Assembly: GCA_964016885.1 (NCBI GenBank)
Contig: OZ024743.1
Location: forward strand, 334,366,001 to 334,430,000
Source: Eledone cirrhosa
Lineage: Eukaryota
Direction: 5' to 3'
Length of the DNA: 64,000 nucleotides
The notes under the pieces are model-generated. The model was given only the letters and a program-made list of their open reading frames with translations. It did no database searches and had not been told where the DNA came from. Made by a program: the position numbers and the translations under genes. The first letter of the stretch is position 1, and the number at the start of each line of letters is the position of its first letter. Below, one piece after another: positions 1-15,134 of the stretch.

Positions 1-3000
1 CTCCTTCTCTATATCCCATTCTCTCACCCTCCTTCTCTATATCCCATTCTCTCATACTCCTTCTCTATATCCCATTCTCTCACTCTCCTTCTCTATATCC
101 CATTCTCTCATACTCCTTCTCCATATCCCATTATTTCACCCTCCTTCTCTATATCCCATTCTCTCACCCTCCTTCTCTCTATCCCATTCTCTCACCCTCC
201 TTCTCTATTCCATTCTCTCACACTCCTTCTCTAGATCCCATTCTCTCACCCTCCTTCTCTATATCCCATTCTTTCACCCTCCTTCTCTATATCCCATTCT
301 CTCACCCTCCTTCTCTATATGCCATTCTCTTACCCTCCTTCTCTATATGCCATTCTCTCACCCTCCTTCTCTGTATCCCATTCTCTCACCCTCCTTCTCT
401 ATTCCATTCTCTCACACTCCTTCTCTAGATCCCATTCTCTCACCCTCCTTCTCTATATCCCATTCTTTCACCCTCCTTCTCTATATCCCATTCTCTCACC
501 CTCCTTCTCTATATCCCATTCTTTCACCCTCCTTCTCTATATCCCATTCTCTCACCCTCCTTCTCTATATCCCATTCTCTCACCCTCCTTCTCTATTCCA
601 TTCTCTCACACTCCTTCTCTATATCCCATTCTCTCACCCTCCTTCTCTATATCCCATTCTTTCACCCTCCTTCTCTATATCCCATTCTCTCACTCCCCTT
701 CTCTATATCCCATTCTCTCATACTCCTTCTCTATATCCCATTCTTTCACCCTCCTTCTCTATATCCCATTCTTTCACCCTCCTTCTCTATATCCCATTCT
801 CTCACCCTCCTTCTCTCTATCCCATTCTCTCACCCTCCTTCTCTATCCCATTCTCTCACACTCCTTCTCTAGATCCCATTCTCTCACCCTCCTTCTCTAT
901 ATCCCATTCTTTCTCCCTCCTTTTCTATATCCCATTCTCTCACCCTCCTTCTCTATATCCCATTCTTTCACCCTCCTCCTCTATATCCCATTCTCTCACA
1001 CTCCATCTCTCTATTCCATTCTTTCACACTCCTTCTCTATATCCCATTCTCTCACACTCCTTCTCTATATCCCATTCTTTCACACACCGTCTCTATATCC
1101 CATTCTCTCTCCCTCCTTCTTTATATCCCATTCTCTCACACTCCTTCTTTATATCCCATTCTCTCACACTCCTTCTCTAGCCCATTCTCTCACACTCCTT
1201 CTCTATATCCCATTCTCTCACACTCCCTCTCTATCCCATTTTTCACCATCCTTCTCTATCCCATTCTCTCACACTCCTTCTCTATCCCATTCTTTCACCC
1301 TCCTTCTCTATCCCATTATCTGACACTCCTTCTCTAGCCCATTCTCTCACACTCCTTCTCTATATCCCATTCTCTCACACTCCTTCTCTATATCCCATTC
1401 TCTCACCCTCCTTCTCTATCCCATTCTCTCACATTCCTTTTCTATATCCCATTCTCTCACTCTCCTTCTCTATATCCCATTCTCTCACCCTCCTTCTCTA
1501 TCCCATTCTCTCACCCCCTTCTCTATATGCCATTCTCTTACCCTCCTTCTCTATATGCCATTCTCTCACCCTCCTTCTCTCTATCCCATTCTCTCACCCT
1601 CCTTCTCTATTCCATTCTCTCACACTCCTTCTCTAGATCCCATTCTCTCACCCTCCTTCTCTATATCCCTTTCTTTCACCCTCCTTCTCTATATCCCATT
1701 CTCTCACTCTCCTTCTCTATATCCCATTCTCTCATACTCCTTCTCTATATCCCATTCTTTCACCCTCCTTCTCTATATCCCATTCTCTCACCCTCCTTCT
1801 CTCTATCCCATTCTCTCACCCTCCTTCTCTATTCCATTCTCTCACACTCCTTCTCTAGATCCCATTCTCTCACCCTCCTTCTCTATATCCCTTTCTTTCA
1901 CCCTCCTTCTCTATATCCCATTCTCTCACCCTCCTTCTCTATATCCCATTCTCTCATACTCCTTCTCTATATCCCATTCTCTCACTCTCCTTCTCTATAT
2001 CCCATTCTCTCATACTCCTTCTCCATATCCCATTATTTCACCCTCCTTCTCTATATCCCATTCTCTCACCCTCCTTCTCTCTATCCCATTCTCTCACCCT
2101 CCTTCTCTATTCCATTCTCTCACACTCCTTCTCTAGATCCCATTCTCTCACCCTCCTTCTCTATATCCCATTCTTTCACCCTCCTTCTCTATATCCCATT
2201 CTCTCACCCTCCTTCTCTATATGCCATTCTCTTACCCTCCTTCTCTATATGCCATTCTCTCACCCTCCTTCTCTGTATCCCATTCTCTCACCCTCCTTCT
2301 CTATTCCATTCTCTCACACTCCTTCTCTAGATCCCATTCTCTCACCCTCCTTCTCTATATCCCATTCTTTCACCCTCCTTCTCTATATCCCATTCTCTCA
2401 CCCTCCTTCTCTATATCCCATTCTTTCACCCTCCTTCTCTATATCCCATTCTCTCACCCTCCTTCTCTATATCCCATTCTCTCACCCTCCTTCTCTATTC
2501 CATTCTCTCACACTCCTTCTCTATATCCCATTCTCTCACCCTCCTTCTCTATATCCCATTCTTTCACCCTCCTTCTCTATATCCCATTCTCTCACTCCCC
2601 TTCTCTATATCCCATTCTCTCATACTCCTTCTCTATATCCCATTCTTTCACCCTCCTTCTCTATATCCCATTCTTTCACCCTCCTTCTCTATATCCCATT
2701 CTCTCACCCTCCTTCTCTCTATCCCATTCTCTCACCCTCCTTCTCTATCCCATTCTCTCACACTCCTTCTCTAGATCCCATTCTCTCACCCTCCTTCTCT
2801 ATATCCCATTCTTTCTCCCTCCTTTTCTATATCCCATTCTCTCACCCTCCTTCTCTATATCCCATTCTTTCACCCTCCTCCTCTATATCCCATTCTCTCA
2901 CACTCCATCTCTCTATTCCATTCTTTCACACTCCTTCTCTATATCCCATTCTCTCACACTCCTTCTCTATATCCCATTCTTTCACACACCGTCTCTATAT

Positions 3001-4410
3001 CCCATTCTCTCTCCCTCCTTCTTTATATCCCATTCTCTCACACTCCTTCTTTATATCCCATTCTCTCACACTCCTTCTCTAGCCCATTCTCTCACACTCC
3101 TTCTCTATATCCCATTCTCTCACACTCCCTCTCTATCCCATTCTTTCACCATCCTTCTCTATCCCATTCTCTCACACTCCTTCTCTATCCCATTCTTTCA
3201 CCCTCCTTCTCTATCCCATTATCTGACACTCCTTCTCTAGCCCATTCTCTCACACTCCTTCTCTATATCCCATTCTCTCACACTCCTTCTCTATATCCCA
3301 TTCTCTCACCCTCCTTCTCTATCCCATTCTCTCACATTCCTTTTCTATATCCCATTCTCTCACTCTCCTTCTCTATATCCCATTCTCTCACCCTCCTTCT
3401 CTATCCCATTCTCTCACCCCCTTCTCTATATGCCATTCTCTTACCCTCCTTCTCTATATGCCATTCTCTCACCCTCCTTCTCTCTATCCCATTCTCTCAC
3501 CCTCCTTCTCTATTCCATTCTCTCACACTCCTTCTCTAGATCCCATTCTCTCACCCTCCTTCTCTATATCCCTTTCTTTCACCCTCCTTCTCTATATCCC
3601 ATTCTCTCACTCTCCTTCTCTATATCCCATTCTCTCATACTCCTTCTCTATATCCCATTCTTTCACCCTCCTTCTCTATATCCCATTCTCTCACCCTCCT
3701 TCTCTCTATCCCATTCTCTCACCCTCCTTCTCTATTCCATTCTCTCACACTCCTTCTCTAGATCCCATTCTCTCACCCTCCTTCTCTATATCCCATTCTT
3801 TCACCCTCCTTCTCTATATCCCATTCTCTCACCCTCCTTCTCTATATCCCATTCTTTCACCCTCCTTCTCTATATCCCATTCTCTCACCCTCCTTCTCTA
3901 TATCCCATTCTCTCATCCTCCTTCTCTATTCCATTCTCTCACACTCCTTCTCTATATCCCATTCTCTCACCCTCCTTCTCTATATCCAATTCTTTCACCC
4001 TCCTTCTGTATATCCCATTCTCTCACTCTCCTTCTCTATATCCCATTCTCTCATACTCCTTCTCTATATCCCATTCTTTCACCCTCCTTCTCTATATCCC
4101 ATTCTTTCACCCTCCTTCTCTATATCCCATTCTCTCACCCTCCTTCTCTCTATCCCATTCTCTCACCCTCCTTCTCTATTCCATTCTCTCACACTCCTTC
4201 TCTAGATCCCATTCTCTCACCCTCCTTCTCTATATCCCATTCTTTCTCCCTCCTTTTCTATATCCCATTCTCTCACCCTCCTTCTCTATATCCCATTCTT
4301 TCACCCTCCTTCTCTATATCCCATTCTCTCACTCTCCTTCTCTATATCCCATTCTCTCATACTCCTTCTCTATATCCCATTCTTTCAACCTCCTTCTTTA
4401 TCCCATTCAC
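1..4410. repeat. 28-bp pyrimidine-rich satellite array (CTCCTTCTCTATATCCCATTCTCTCACC)n with ~1902-bp higher-order repeat
   Basis: Monomer read directly, with 26-bp variants. Diagnostic variants recur at +1902 (cacacaccgtct at 1081 and 2983; near-identical ORF translations at 319/2221 and 347/2249). Array runs off the left edge. Confidence 0.97.
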
Positions 4411-4555
4411 TCTCTCTACCTATCCTTCTCTGGAAGACATCTGCTGTGTTCAGATTTGGAGAAATGATGGCTCCGCCAGGTTTCAACTGGCTTAGAAACT
4501 CCGACTCTCAAATTGAGGCCCCTACTACTCCACCAGGAGTTACGAGTCCATACAC
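4411..4555 (+). mobile_element. 3' part of the long composite SINE, contiguous with the satellite
   Basis: ctggaagacatctgctgtgttcaga...tggctccgccaggttt matches the 3' module of SINE copies near 32365, 52835 and 56350. Confidence 0.8.
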
Positions 4556-5044
4556 TACAATATGTTTTGGGTGTCTTACTTTTTTCTCTGAAGAAACATA
4601 AGGTACACATGATATATCTAGTATCACTTGCATTCCCGATGGAAGTTTTAAGAATACAAGTATATATTCTTTTCATTTATTTAATAATTTATATGTTTAC
4701 CAACTGTGTGTAGAGTATACAGGGAACGGAATTATGTTATTTAAACATTCATATGGTAATAAAAAGAATAAGAGCTGTTAAAATGGCGGATAAATTCCTC
4801 AGAGTCAACAGTCATACACCAAAACTATGTATTAAATAGCCTTACCAACCCCCAATTGGCCAAAAATCGTGATTAAGGCTACAGCCCTGACATAACCAAA
4901 ACCAAACAGAAATTGGTGGAGGTCAACCAGAGAGGGGTTACTCCAATGCAACAAAATTGAGAAGGCCCTGGATTGGATTGGATAAGATTAAAATTATAAG
5001 GACAAAACAAAAAAGATGATTGTGAATATAGATACGTTACTAGA

Positions 5045-5360
5045 AATGGCACTCCGTCGGTTACGACAACGAATGTTCCAGTTGATCAGGTCAACAGACT
5101 GCTCGTGAAATTTACTTGCAAGTAGCTGAGTTTTCCACAGACACGTGTACTTTTAAAGTAGTTCTCAGGGAGATTCGGCGTGACACAGAGTGTGACAAGG
5201 CTGCCTTTTGAATTACAGGTACGAATCATTTTTTGCCAGCTGAGTGGACTGGTACACCGTGAAATAAAGTATCTTGTTCAAGGACACAACAAGCCGCCGG
5301 CAATCGAACTCACGACCTTACCATTGTGAGCCTAGTACTCTAACCACAAAGCCACGCTCC
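5045..5360 (-). mobile_element. tRNA-derived SINE, family 2
   Basis: Reverse strand has a gtggttagag...gtgagttcgatt A/B-box-like head and a caagatactttatttcac...ccactcagctg core shared with 35510-35815, 51690-51810 and 62790-63070. Confidence 0.7.
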
Positions 5361-5546
5361 TTCAGAAAGTTTCTATTAACCGACCAACTCAGCATCGCTG
5401 CTCCAGTGAAGCTGGGTCCATATATAGGGATATTTTAACCGGTTTTCTAAGCTATTATTTATTACAATCGACTGTGTTTGAACTTATTTTCTGCGTTCCA
5501 GACTTTTACATATTCTACGAATATATATCTCCGCGTGTGAGCGCGC

Positions 5547-5626
<80 letters not shown>

Positions 5627-5815
5627 CTGTGTGTGTGAGTGCATGTGAGTGTGTATATATACATGTGTATTTACATATTCATAAATATGCATACATATGT
5701 ACATATTATATATAATTAAAGATATAAACAAGTAAAAGGATATAAAATATAATTTTGAGGGGCAATGCTAAAAATAATGGTAATTTAAGTGATATATCTA
5801 AAGAAATGATCAACA

Positions 5816-5851
<36 letters not shown>

Positions 5852-5891
5852 CATGCATATATATATGTATATATATATATATGCCTGTATG

Positions 5892-5945
<54 letters not shown>

Positions 5946-5990
5946 GTGACGAAACAAAAGTCAATTGCATGAACTCATAATCCTTTATTT

Positions 5991-6046
5991 ACTGATATAT
6001 ATATTTCGATGATAGCCATTGAATGGCTATGACCTCATCAGGCAGT
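5991..6046 (-). ncRNA. Type I hammerhead ribozyme motif
   Basis: Minus strand: ACUGC-CUGAUGA-GGUCAUAGCCAUUCAAUGGCUAUCAUC-GAAA-UAUAUA-UA-UCAGU. Same family as 21316, 59408 and 59675; one stem I mismatch. Confidence 0.75.
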
Positions 6047-6115
6047 TAGTCAGTTCTTTGATATGCCAGCTCTGTGTTTATGGTGTTGATGGTATCAGAG
6101 CCTTGGGACATATAC

Positions 6116-6166
<51 letters not shown>

Positions 6167-6547
6167 TTTACAACCACACTCACACACACATACCCCCCCC
6201 ACCCCCTCCATATATATATATATATATGTAAACTGGTCAAGGTAATAAACATTATGGCATTTTTGTTCATGATCATTAACTGGTTTATAAATATATAAAC
6301 GTATTCACCAATATTCACCAATGAATTAATGTGCCTTAATGTCTATTTAAAACTCTGTGGATTACTTAAAATGGATTAATTTATCATAATTAATGGCACA
6401 TATGGAGATCAACCGGATAATTCTGATAATCTATTCTATTGTCTACGCTGAGCACAACCTAACTGGTAAGTTGCTGCATCCTTTGTGTTCACACAAATAA
6501 CTGAGAGCTGCCTATAAAAAACTGATGTTGAAACTTATATCCCGCCC

Positions 6548-6663
<116 letters not shown>

Positions 6664-6664
6664 G

Positions 6665-8395
<1,731 letters not shown>

Positions 8396-8999
8396 TATAT
8401 GTATATATATATATGTCATCGAGAAAATTGACGAAAGACCATACCATTCCATTCCATTCCAACTTATATATTGAAAAAGGTACTATTAGTATAACAATTG
8501 TATGATATCTGATCGATAGCAGCCCGTCTGAGGAAGGGGCTCCGCGAGGTGGGGTGGCTGTTGCAGCGTGTGCCGCTAGCCATTGTCCACCGAAATGCCT
8601 TTGCCATTTTGTCCATGGGACGCAGCCGAAACAACACTCTGACTTAGGTGTAGAGTTTGTCACCCTCTCCCCTTCCGCCTTTCTCTCTACCTTTGTCTAG
8701 TAGTCCTTACTCTTCCCCTCCCTTTTCTCTCATTTACGCCATTTATAGTCCTTCCAATACTGTTTTATTTTTCTGTATGTTTAACCAAATAAAAATAAAC
8801 TTTCATCTATAATCCGAATATTTTAGGTTTCTAAACTTACTTGCTTCTTTAAAAAAAAATTCATTATTTCTATTAAATATAAAATTAAATATATAAATAA
8901 GTAAAATGATATAAAATATAATTTTGAGGGGCAATGCCAAAAAGAATGGTAATTTAAGTGATATATCTAAACAAATGACCAGCATCTACATAATAATTT

Positions 9000-9395
9000 A
9001 AGGGTCATTGGAGTAACATTACTTGATAGAGTGCGTAGATCGGAGATGAGAGAGTCACTCAAGGTAGTAACGCTACTTCTCCGAATTGAGAGATCACAGC
9101 TCCGATAATATGTGGTTAGAATGTCTCAGGAAAGAATTGATGGACAGATTTTAAGGGCAAAACCAACAGGCAGGAGACCCAGGGATAGATCCTGAGAAAG
9201 ATGGTTTGATAACATCTATGAGCTTGGCTGGTCATGCTTGGGTATCCAGCCGGAGCAATTGGAGACGGCTGCTTCTGACAGAACCAGCTGGAAGGAGTGT
9301 TTGAGGGCTCTTCCCCCATGACCCTTGCAGGAATGAGTGGGGGAAGAAGAAGAAGAAGAAGAAGAAGAAGAAGAAGAAGAAGAAGAAGAAGAAGA
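9000..9395 (+). mobile_element. RTE-type LINE 3' fragment with (GAA)n tail
   Basis: Degenerate GVTLLDRVR..LLRIERSQLR..AKPTGRRP coding remnant ending in (GAA)n. Homologous to 48020, 54750, 58165 and 10310. Confidence 0.8.
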
Positions 9396-10309
9396 ATATT
9401 AAAATAGTGAATGCCTTTGTCGTTCAATTATGAAAGAGGGACCCAGAGTTAGTTGGATATGGAGGAAACTCGTTCGGCCGTCACTTTCCCTTAACTTCTA
9501 TATATACTTTATTCTTTTTAACATTCAACATTTGTTTGTCTGTATTTCACTGATGAGCAACAAATACTTTATACAAGGGTAAGTGAACAGAGGATATAAC
9601 TAAAATAATAAAATAAAGAAATACAGGTGCACACTCAGGGAAATAATGCATTGAGAAAAGGGGACGATAAAAACGAAATTGATAGGTACTAAACAACTAA
9701 AAGTAATCTAGATAAACAAATAATAACAACTAATTAATTAGGTTTGAAAAATAATTATCTCATTACTAGAATACGTAAAGGAACGGAAAAAAATATATAT
9801 TGTCACACGCATGCGTAGAGATGCTTTCAAAGAGTTTGCAACAGAAAGGTTCTATTCTGACAGCATCTCACCTCTGAGTTGCACCGAGAATCTTCAGCGC
9901 ATGCGTGTTTCTCACCATGCTGAGAGAGGCGCTGACCATAAGCCTTACGCGAGAGGATCTGTAAGGAAAGGAAGATTTATTTTGTAACCAAGCAAGGACC
10001 TATTCCTCGATATCTTAGAGTAAATCCTATACTTTATATTCTTTAAATCATTTTATGTTTTATAATGCATCTATTTTAAAACATGTGAATGCCTCTCTCT
10101 GCAAGTTATATAAAATTTAAAATAATGCCATGATATTATGATAAAGCTTTTACTAATGTGAAATTTAAAATGTGTGTATCCAACATAAATAATCATAATA
10201 ATAGTCGATGATTATCAATAATAATAGTTGAGGAAATCGGGTAACGTATCTATGGAAACGGCAAAGGAACGCGTACAGAGATGTCTTCTTTAGTCACGTA
10301 TAACTCTTG

Positions 10310-10475
10310 ACCAGCCAAGCTCATGGATGTTATCAAACCATCTTGCTCAGGGTCTACCCATGGATCTCCTGCCTGTTGGTTTTGCCCTTAAAATCTGTCC
10401 ATCAATTTTTTCCCCGAGACATTCTAACCACATAGTACCGGAGCTGTGATCTCTCAATTCAGAGAAGTAGTGGTA
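10310..10475 (-). mobile_element. RTE-type LINE fragment
   Basis: Reverse complement of part of 9070-9235 (KIDGQILRAKPTGRR). Confidence 0.75.
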
Positions 10476-11288
10476 CTTAAAATCTTCTAAAAAGCTGCAG
10501 CTGGTGACCAATTTAACATAGAAAATGCAATTGTCTTTTGTGTTTATGAAAATGGAAAAGGATAGGAAAGGCAAGGGCTCTAGGGTCACAGATGAATGGG
10601 AGGTGGAGGGGGGAGTTTGATGGGCCAACGGTGCAACGGTGTTTGGGCTACGCCACGCAGACAAGACCGCAAAAGCATTCCCCCGTGGACGGTGGTAGTG
10701 GAAGCGGCCGGACAATTTTTGTTTGTCTTCCTTTCCTCTGCATTGTGGGTCGCAGTACCGGGGTTAGTAGCCGAAGCGACTAAGCTGGAGGCGGAAAACA
10801 CGTCAAAACATGTAGCGTCCCAGATAAGGGATTTACTTCCTTCGAATGGGAAGAGAGTAATTTTCTCTATTTAGGGTTATTTTACCCGATTTTTTCAACA
10901 ATTATTTATAGTTCTCTATTTTTATTATGAATATATGGTTATTTGCGCTGGAACGTCCACATTTCAAATTTTAAATTTTACCAACGCTTCCTAAGTCAAC
11001 CGCTTTGTTTGCTAGTGTATTTTCAAATAATAATAATCTTATCTATAATCATTAATATTTGTTTGATATTTGTTTCTAACAAACTTTGGTTAATCCCATT
11101 TAGATTATATCTAATGAAATTGTATTACATGAAAGACACGACATAAAGGAATAAGAATACATATTAGAATCTTTTCTCTCTCTCTCTCTCTCTCCCTCTC
11201 TCTCCCTCTCTCTCTCACTCTCTCGATATATATATATATATATATACATAAATGTGTGTGGATATATATATATATATATATATATATA

Positions 11289-12672
11289 CGAATAGGAAAA
11301 TGTGAAGTAGTTTCAGATATTAAAGTCCTTTAATGATAATGCTGTGATACATATTTCAATGACGACAGTGGCCAGACAGCTTCTTACATAATAAGGTTAT
11401 GCTTCCGAGGCAATCCAAATTGATTCGAGAGGGGGAATGGACAAAGCGTGTGTTCTTGAATCTTTCGCCCATTCCCCTGTGAGTCCCAATTCACCTCCAC
11501 CGGTCTGCGCAGGCGCAAGTCCGAAGGAAGTTGACATCCACTACCCCAAAGTTCTACGAAACTCGCCTAGGCAGGTCCCCCTCTCAAACAAACAATCATC
11601 CCATCCAGGTCTGTAATATGACACGGTTATAGTTTTCTGCTAGCCGCTCTGCCAGTGGCAGTTGGCCGAAACCTAGTGGGGGTGGGAGAGTATGAGTTTC
11701 AATAGGTTTCAATACTACCCCTAAATTATGCCTGGACAATAGAATTGACCATCACCCGCTAAGAGAATATATACTTATTTCTAGGTATTATGGTTTCACA
11801 GTGGAAATTATGATTGAAAATTAGAAATAAAAAAAAATTACAAGTTAAAATCTTGATTGAAGTAAGTAAAAAAATATGTACATATAATAACTAATAAATA
11901 GGGAGATGTTTAAATTATAGTAAGAAGTTTTGCAAGGGGGATCAGTATTACAGGTATATTATCCATATATTGAACGATAGTAGAACGGAGGGTAAATTAC
12001 AGTATGACACGTAGTAGGCAAATAAATAGTTAATATTTCTATCATATGAATCAAAACAAAAAATACAAAATATAAAATACAAAAAATACATAGATGCAGA
12101 ATAAGAGAGGGGATATATATGAGAAAAATATACGAGGCAGGTAGACTGTATGGAAATGAGGGTATAAGTGGCTAAAATGCGTGTCAGTTTTGTCCATGTA
12201 AAGTGCATATAAAAATTCGTTATCGGATGAAGTGAGGAGGCTTCCATTCAAGGCCTCTGTACAAATGCAATTTGCTGCAGGAAAATAAGGGGTTTATCGT
12301 TGTTTTTAGTTCCGCGTATTTCCCCTGTCGAAAGTTAGTTTATAATTTTATGTCCGTCCAGTAGCAGGGATTTCCAGTGTGTGTAATCAATCCCCATGGT
12401 AGAGGGAATTTCCAGGTGTAGCTGATGGCTGGTTTCTCTCTTCTCCACTATATCGGTTACACCATAGAGCGCTCAACGCTTTGGAGCTAAATTCTTAAGG
12501 TAAATATTGATGTAATTCAATTCAAGCACTCAACGTATTTTTTCCACATAGGAGCGACGGAGTATATTTCGAAACTACTTCACATTTTCTTATTCGAAAT
12601 ATACTCCGTCGCTCCTATGTGGAAAAAATACGTTGAGTGCTTGAATTGAATTACATAAATATTTACCTTAAG
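11289..12672. mobile_element. Non-coding fold-back Penelope-type element with terminal hairpin (12496-12572 / 12595-12671)
   Basis: Homologous over ~550 bp to the reverse of 38880-39448. Inverted ends cgaataggaaaatgtgaagtagtttc / gaaactacttcacattttcttattcg. (TA)n flanks. Confidence 0.7.
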
Positions 12673-12686
12673 TATATATACACATA

Positions 12687-12809
<123 letters not shown>

Positions 12810-13476
12810 TATGTATATATATGATATACGTCACTTCCGGTTCCATATAATGCGAATGAAATTCTAAAAAATATTTTATACTGCTTTGAATTGATTACAA
12901 AATATACTGAGACTATACTGAGATAAATAGAAACATTAACAGGATTAACGTTTTAGAAATAATTCCAATTCACATGCTTGTATATAAAGAAGATATGATT
13001 TAATGAATATAATACGCATATATCTATTTTCTATATCTAAAAATCGATTAATATTTAAGACAACAGATATTAATTTGAAATTATTGTTCTCCGACCGTTC
13101 TTCGCCGCTTCAAGAATCATACAATTTGAATAAAAGACAGCATACTATGGTAGCTTTGTACTATCATACTAATCTATTGCAAGTTGGTTAGAAAAATGTA
13201 TAATATTCGATTAGAGATTAGCAGAGTATATCAGTGATCTAAATGATTCAGATTTTATATGGCTACTATTTTAATCCGCTCAACTGGTTTAATATCTGAG
13301 TGACGTCAATGTCGTATAACCTATGAAATACATATAATATATATATGATATAATAAATGTAATCAGAGAATTTCGAATATTTATAATAATATTCAAATTA
13401 TGCAAACAGCCTCATTTTTAAAGCCATATCAGTAGAATGAGCCCCTCATTCCTGCTCTTATGTTGGCATGTAAACA

Positions 13477-13526
13477 GAACTGCAGACACTAATGTTTCTG
13501 GGTATCACCCTTCATCAGTACAGTTC
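13477..13526 (-). ncRNA. Type I hammerhead ribozyme motif (GUC site)
   Basis: Minus strand: GAACUGUA-CUGAUGA-A-GGGU-GAU-ACCC-A-GAAA-CAUUAGUG-UC-UGCAGUUC. All core nucleotides and three stems present. Confidence 0.88.
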
Positions 13527-13902
13527 ACTGTTTACCTGCCAACTGTCAGAGCTAGTGAAAATATACAGTGACTGATCGGCCTGATTTGCATATTAGCAGA
13601 CTGGCTAATCAGTCAGATCTGCATATGAGCAGATCCACTGATCAACCAGATTTGCATATCATCAGACAGGCCAGTCAGTTTCCTGTATACGAGCGATTAA
13701 TGTCCGGTTTTGCCATATTCAAATGAATAAAAAAAATTATCGCTCTACATGGGTGAATACAATAAATATAATCTAGGTTTTTCGAATATTAATAACAATA
13801 TTCGATTCGTTTGCAATTATGCAAACAGCCTCATTTTTAAAGCCATGTCAGTAGAATGAGCCCCTCATTTTTGCTCGCGTGTTGGCTTTTTTTATTCATA
13901 TA

Positions 13903-13938
<36 letters not shown>

Positions 13939-13939
13939 C

Positions 13940-14908
13940 TTTTTTCTTCTAACTTTGATTTTATACCTGGTTGTGTATGGTTGACGATATATTTAATCGA
14001 TTTCCACGTGCTATTAGAAATGCTGGGTAAATATTCTATAGTTGTTGATCGCGGATAGATAGCTGTCGTTTATTTATCTATTATTTCTTCATAGGTACCT
14101 TAATCTTATAGCCTTGTTTAATTGGTTTTTTGTGTGGTTGATTATGCTGATTGGGAGAGGAAATAATGCATATATTTTATCAAAAGATTCTATGGACATA
14201 TTTTAGTGTATATTGCTCTGATTGTTGATTATTTAATTAATTAATTCGTCATTGAGTCACATCGTGGATGGTTGCCAAAAACACATATATATATATCTAT
14301 GACTTTGTCTACTTTATGTAAATGTAAATCTTTATATTTGATAATCTCCTATACGGTTGAGATGCAATTTAGGCGGTATTGGGCTGCGCTTTCTAGCAAC
14401 CAGCCCACTCGCTGTAAGGCACCAATCACAATTTTTTCTGACTTGACCACTGCCACGTCACAGTTCTTAGCCATTTTGAATTGGTTTCTGGCGGGGATCA
14501 TTTAAGAAAAATCTTCGTCCAAATGAGTTTGTTTCCTGATGATTTCGAAACTCGGGGATTTATCCTTGATCGGATATTTCCCAAAAGCGAATGAAACCCG
14601 AGGGGTAGAAACATAAATTTGGTATGATTATATGCTTTTTTTCTTCTAACTTTGATTTTATACCTGGTTGTGTATGGTTGACGATATATTTAATCGATTT
14701 CCACGTGCTATTAGAATTTCTGGGTAAATATTCTATAGCTGTTGATCGCGGATAGATAGCTATCGTTTATTTATCTATTATTTCTTCATCGGTGCCTTTT
14801 AATCTTATAGCCTTGTTTAATTGGTTTGTGTGTGGTTGATTATGCTGATTGGGAGAGGAAATAATGCATATATTTTATCAAATGATTCTATGGACATATT
14901 TTAGTGTA
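13940..14908. repeat. ~270-bp direct repeat pair (13940-14208 and 14637-14908)
   Basis: Both copies begin ttttcttctaactttgatttt and end ggacatattttagtgta, with few differences. Confidence 0.9.
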
Positions 14909-15134
14909 ACGGGATAACAGGTTATTGTTATAGGCGGTCCACTTAGATGTAGTCCAGTTGGAGTACTCCGTGTAATGGATAGTATTAACGTGTGGCTTAG
15001 TTTGACTCAACAAGACGTTTCCATAGTGATGCTGTGAGTTCGCGGTGATTTCTATGTAGTTTATACTTGGAGTAATAATAATTCAAGAAAGAAGAGTGAC
15101 ATGGTTCGCTATACAATAAGGGCTTTATTCACAC

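Noticed and set aside
1-4410. CRISPR-like 28-bp periodicity
   Set aside because: The repeats are head-to-tail with no unique spacers, there are no cas genes, and the context is eukaryotic.
319-4495. Long S/P/L/H-rich ORFs
   Set aside because: They are translations of the 28-bp satellite, which lacks stop codons on the + strand and is open in several frames at once.
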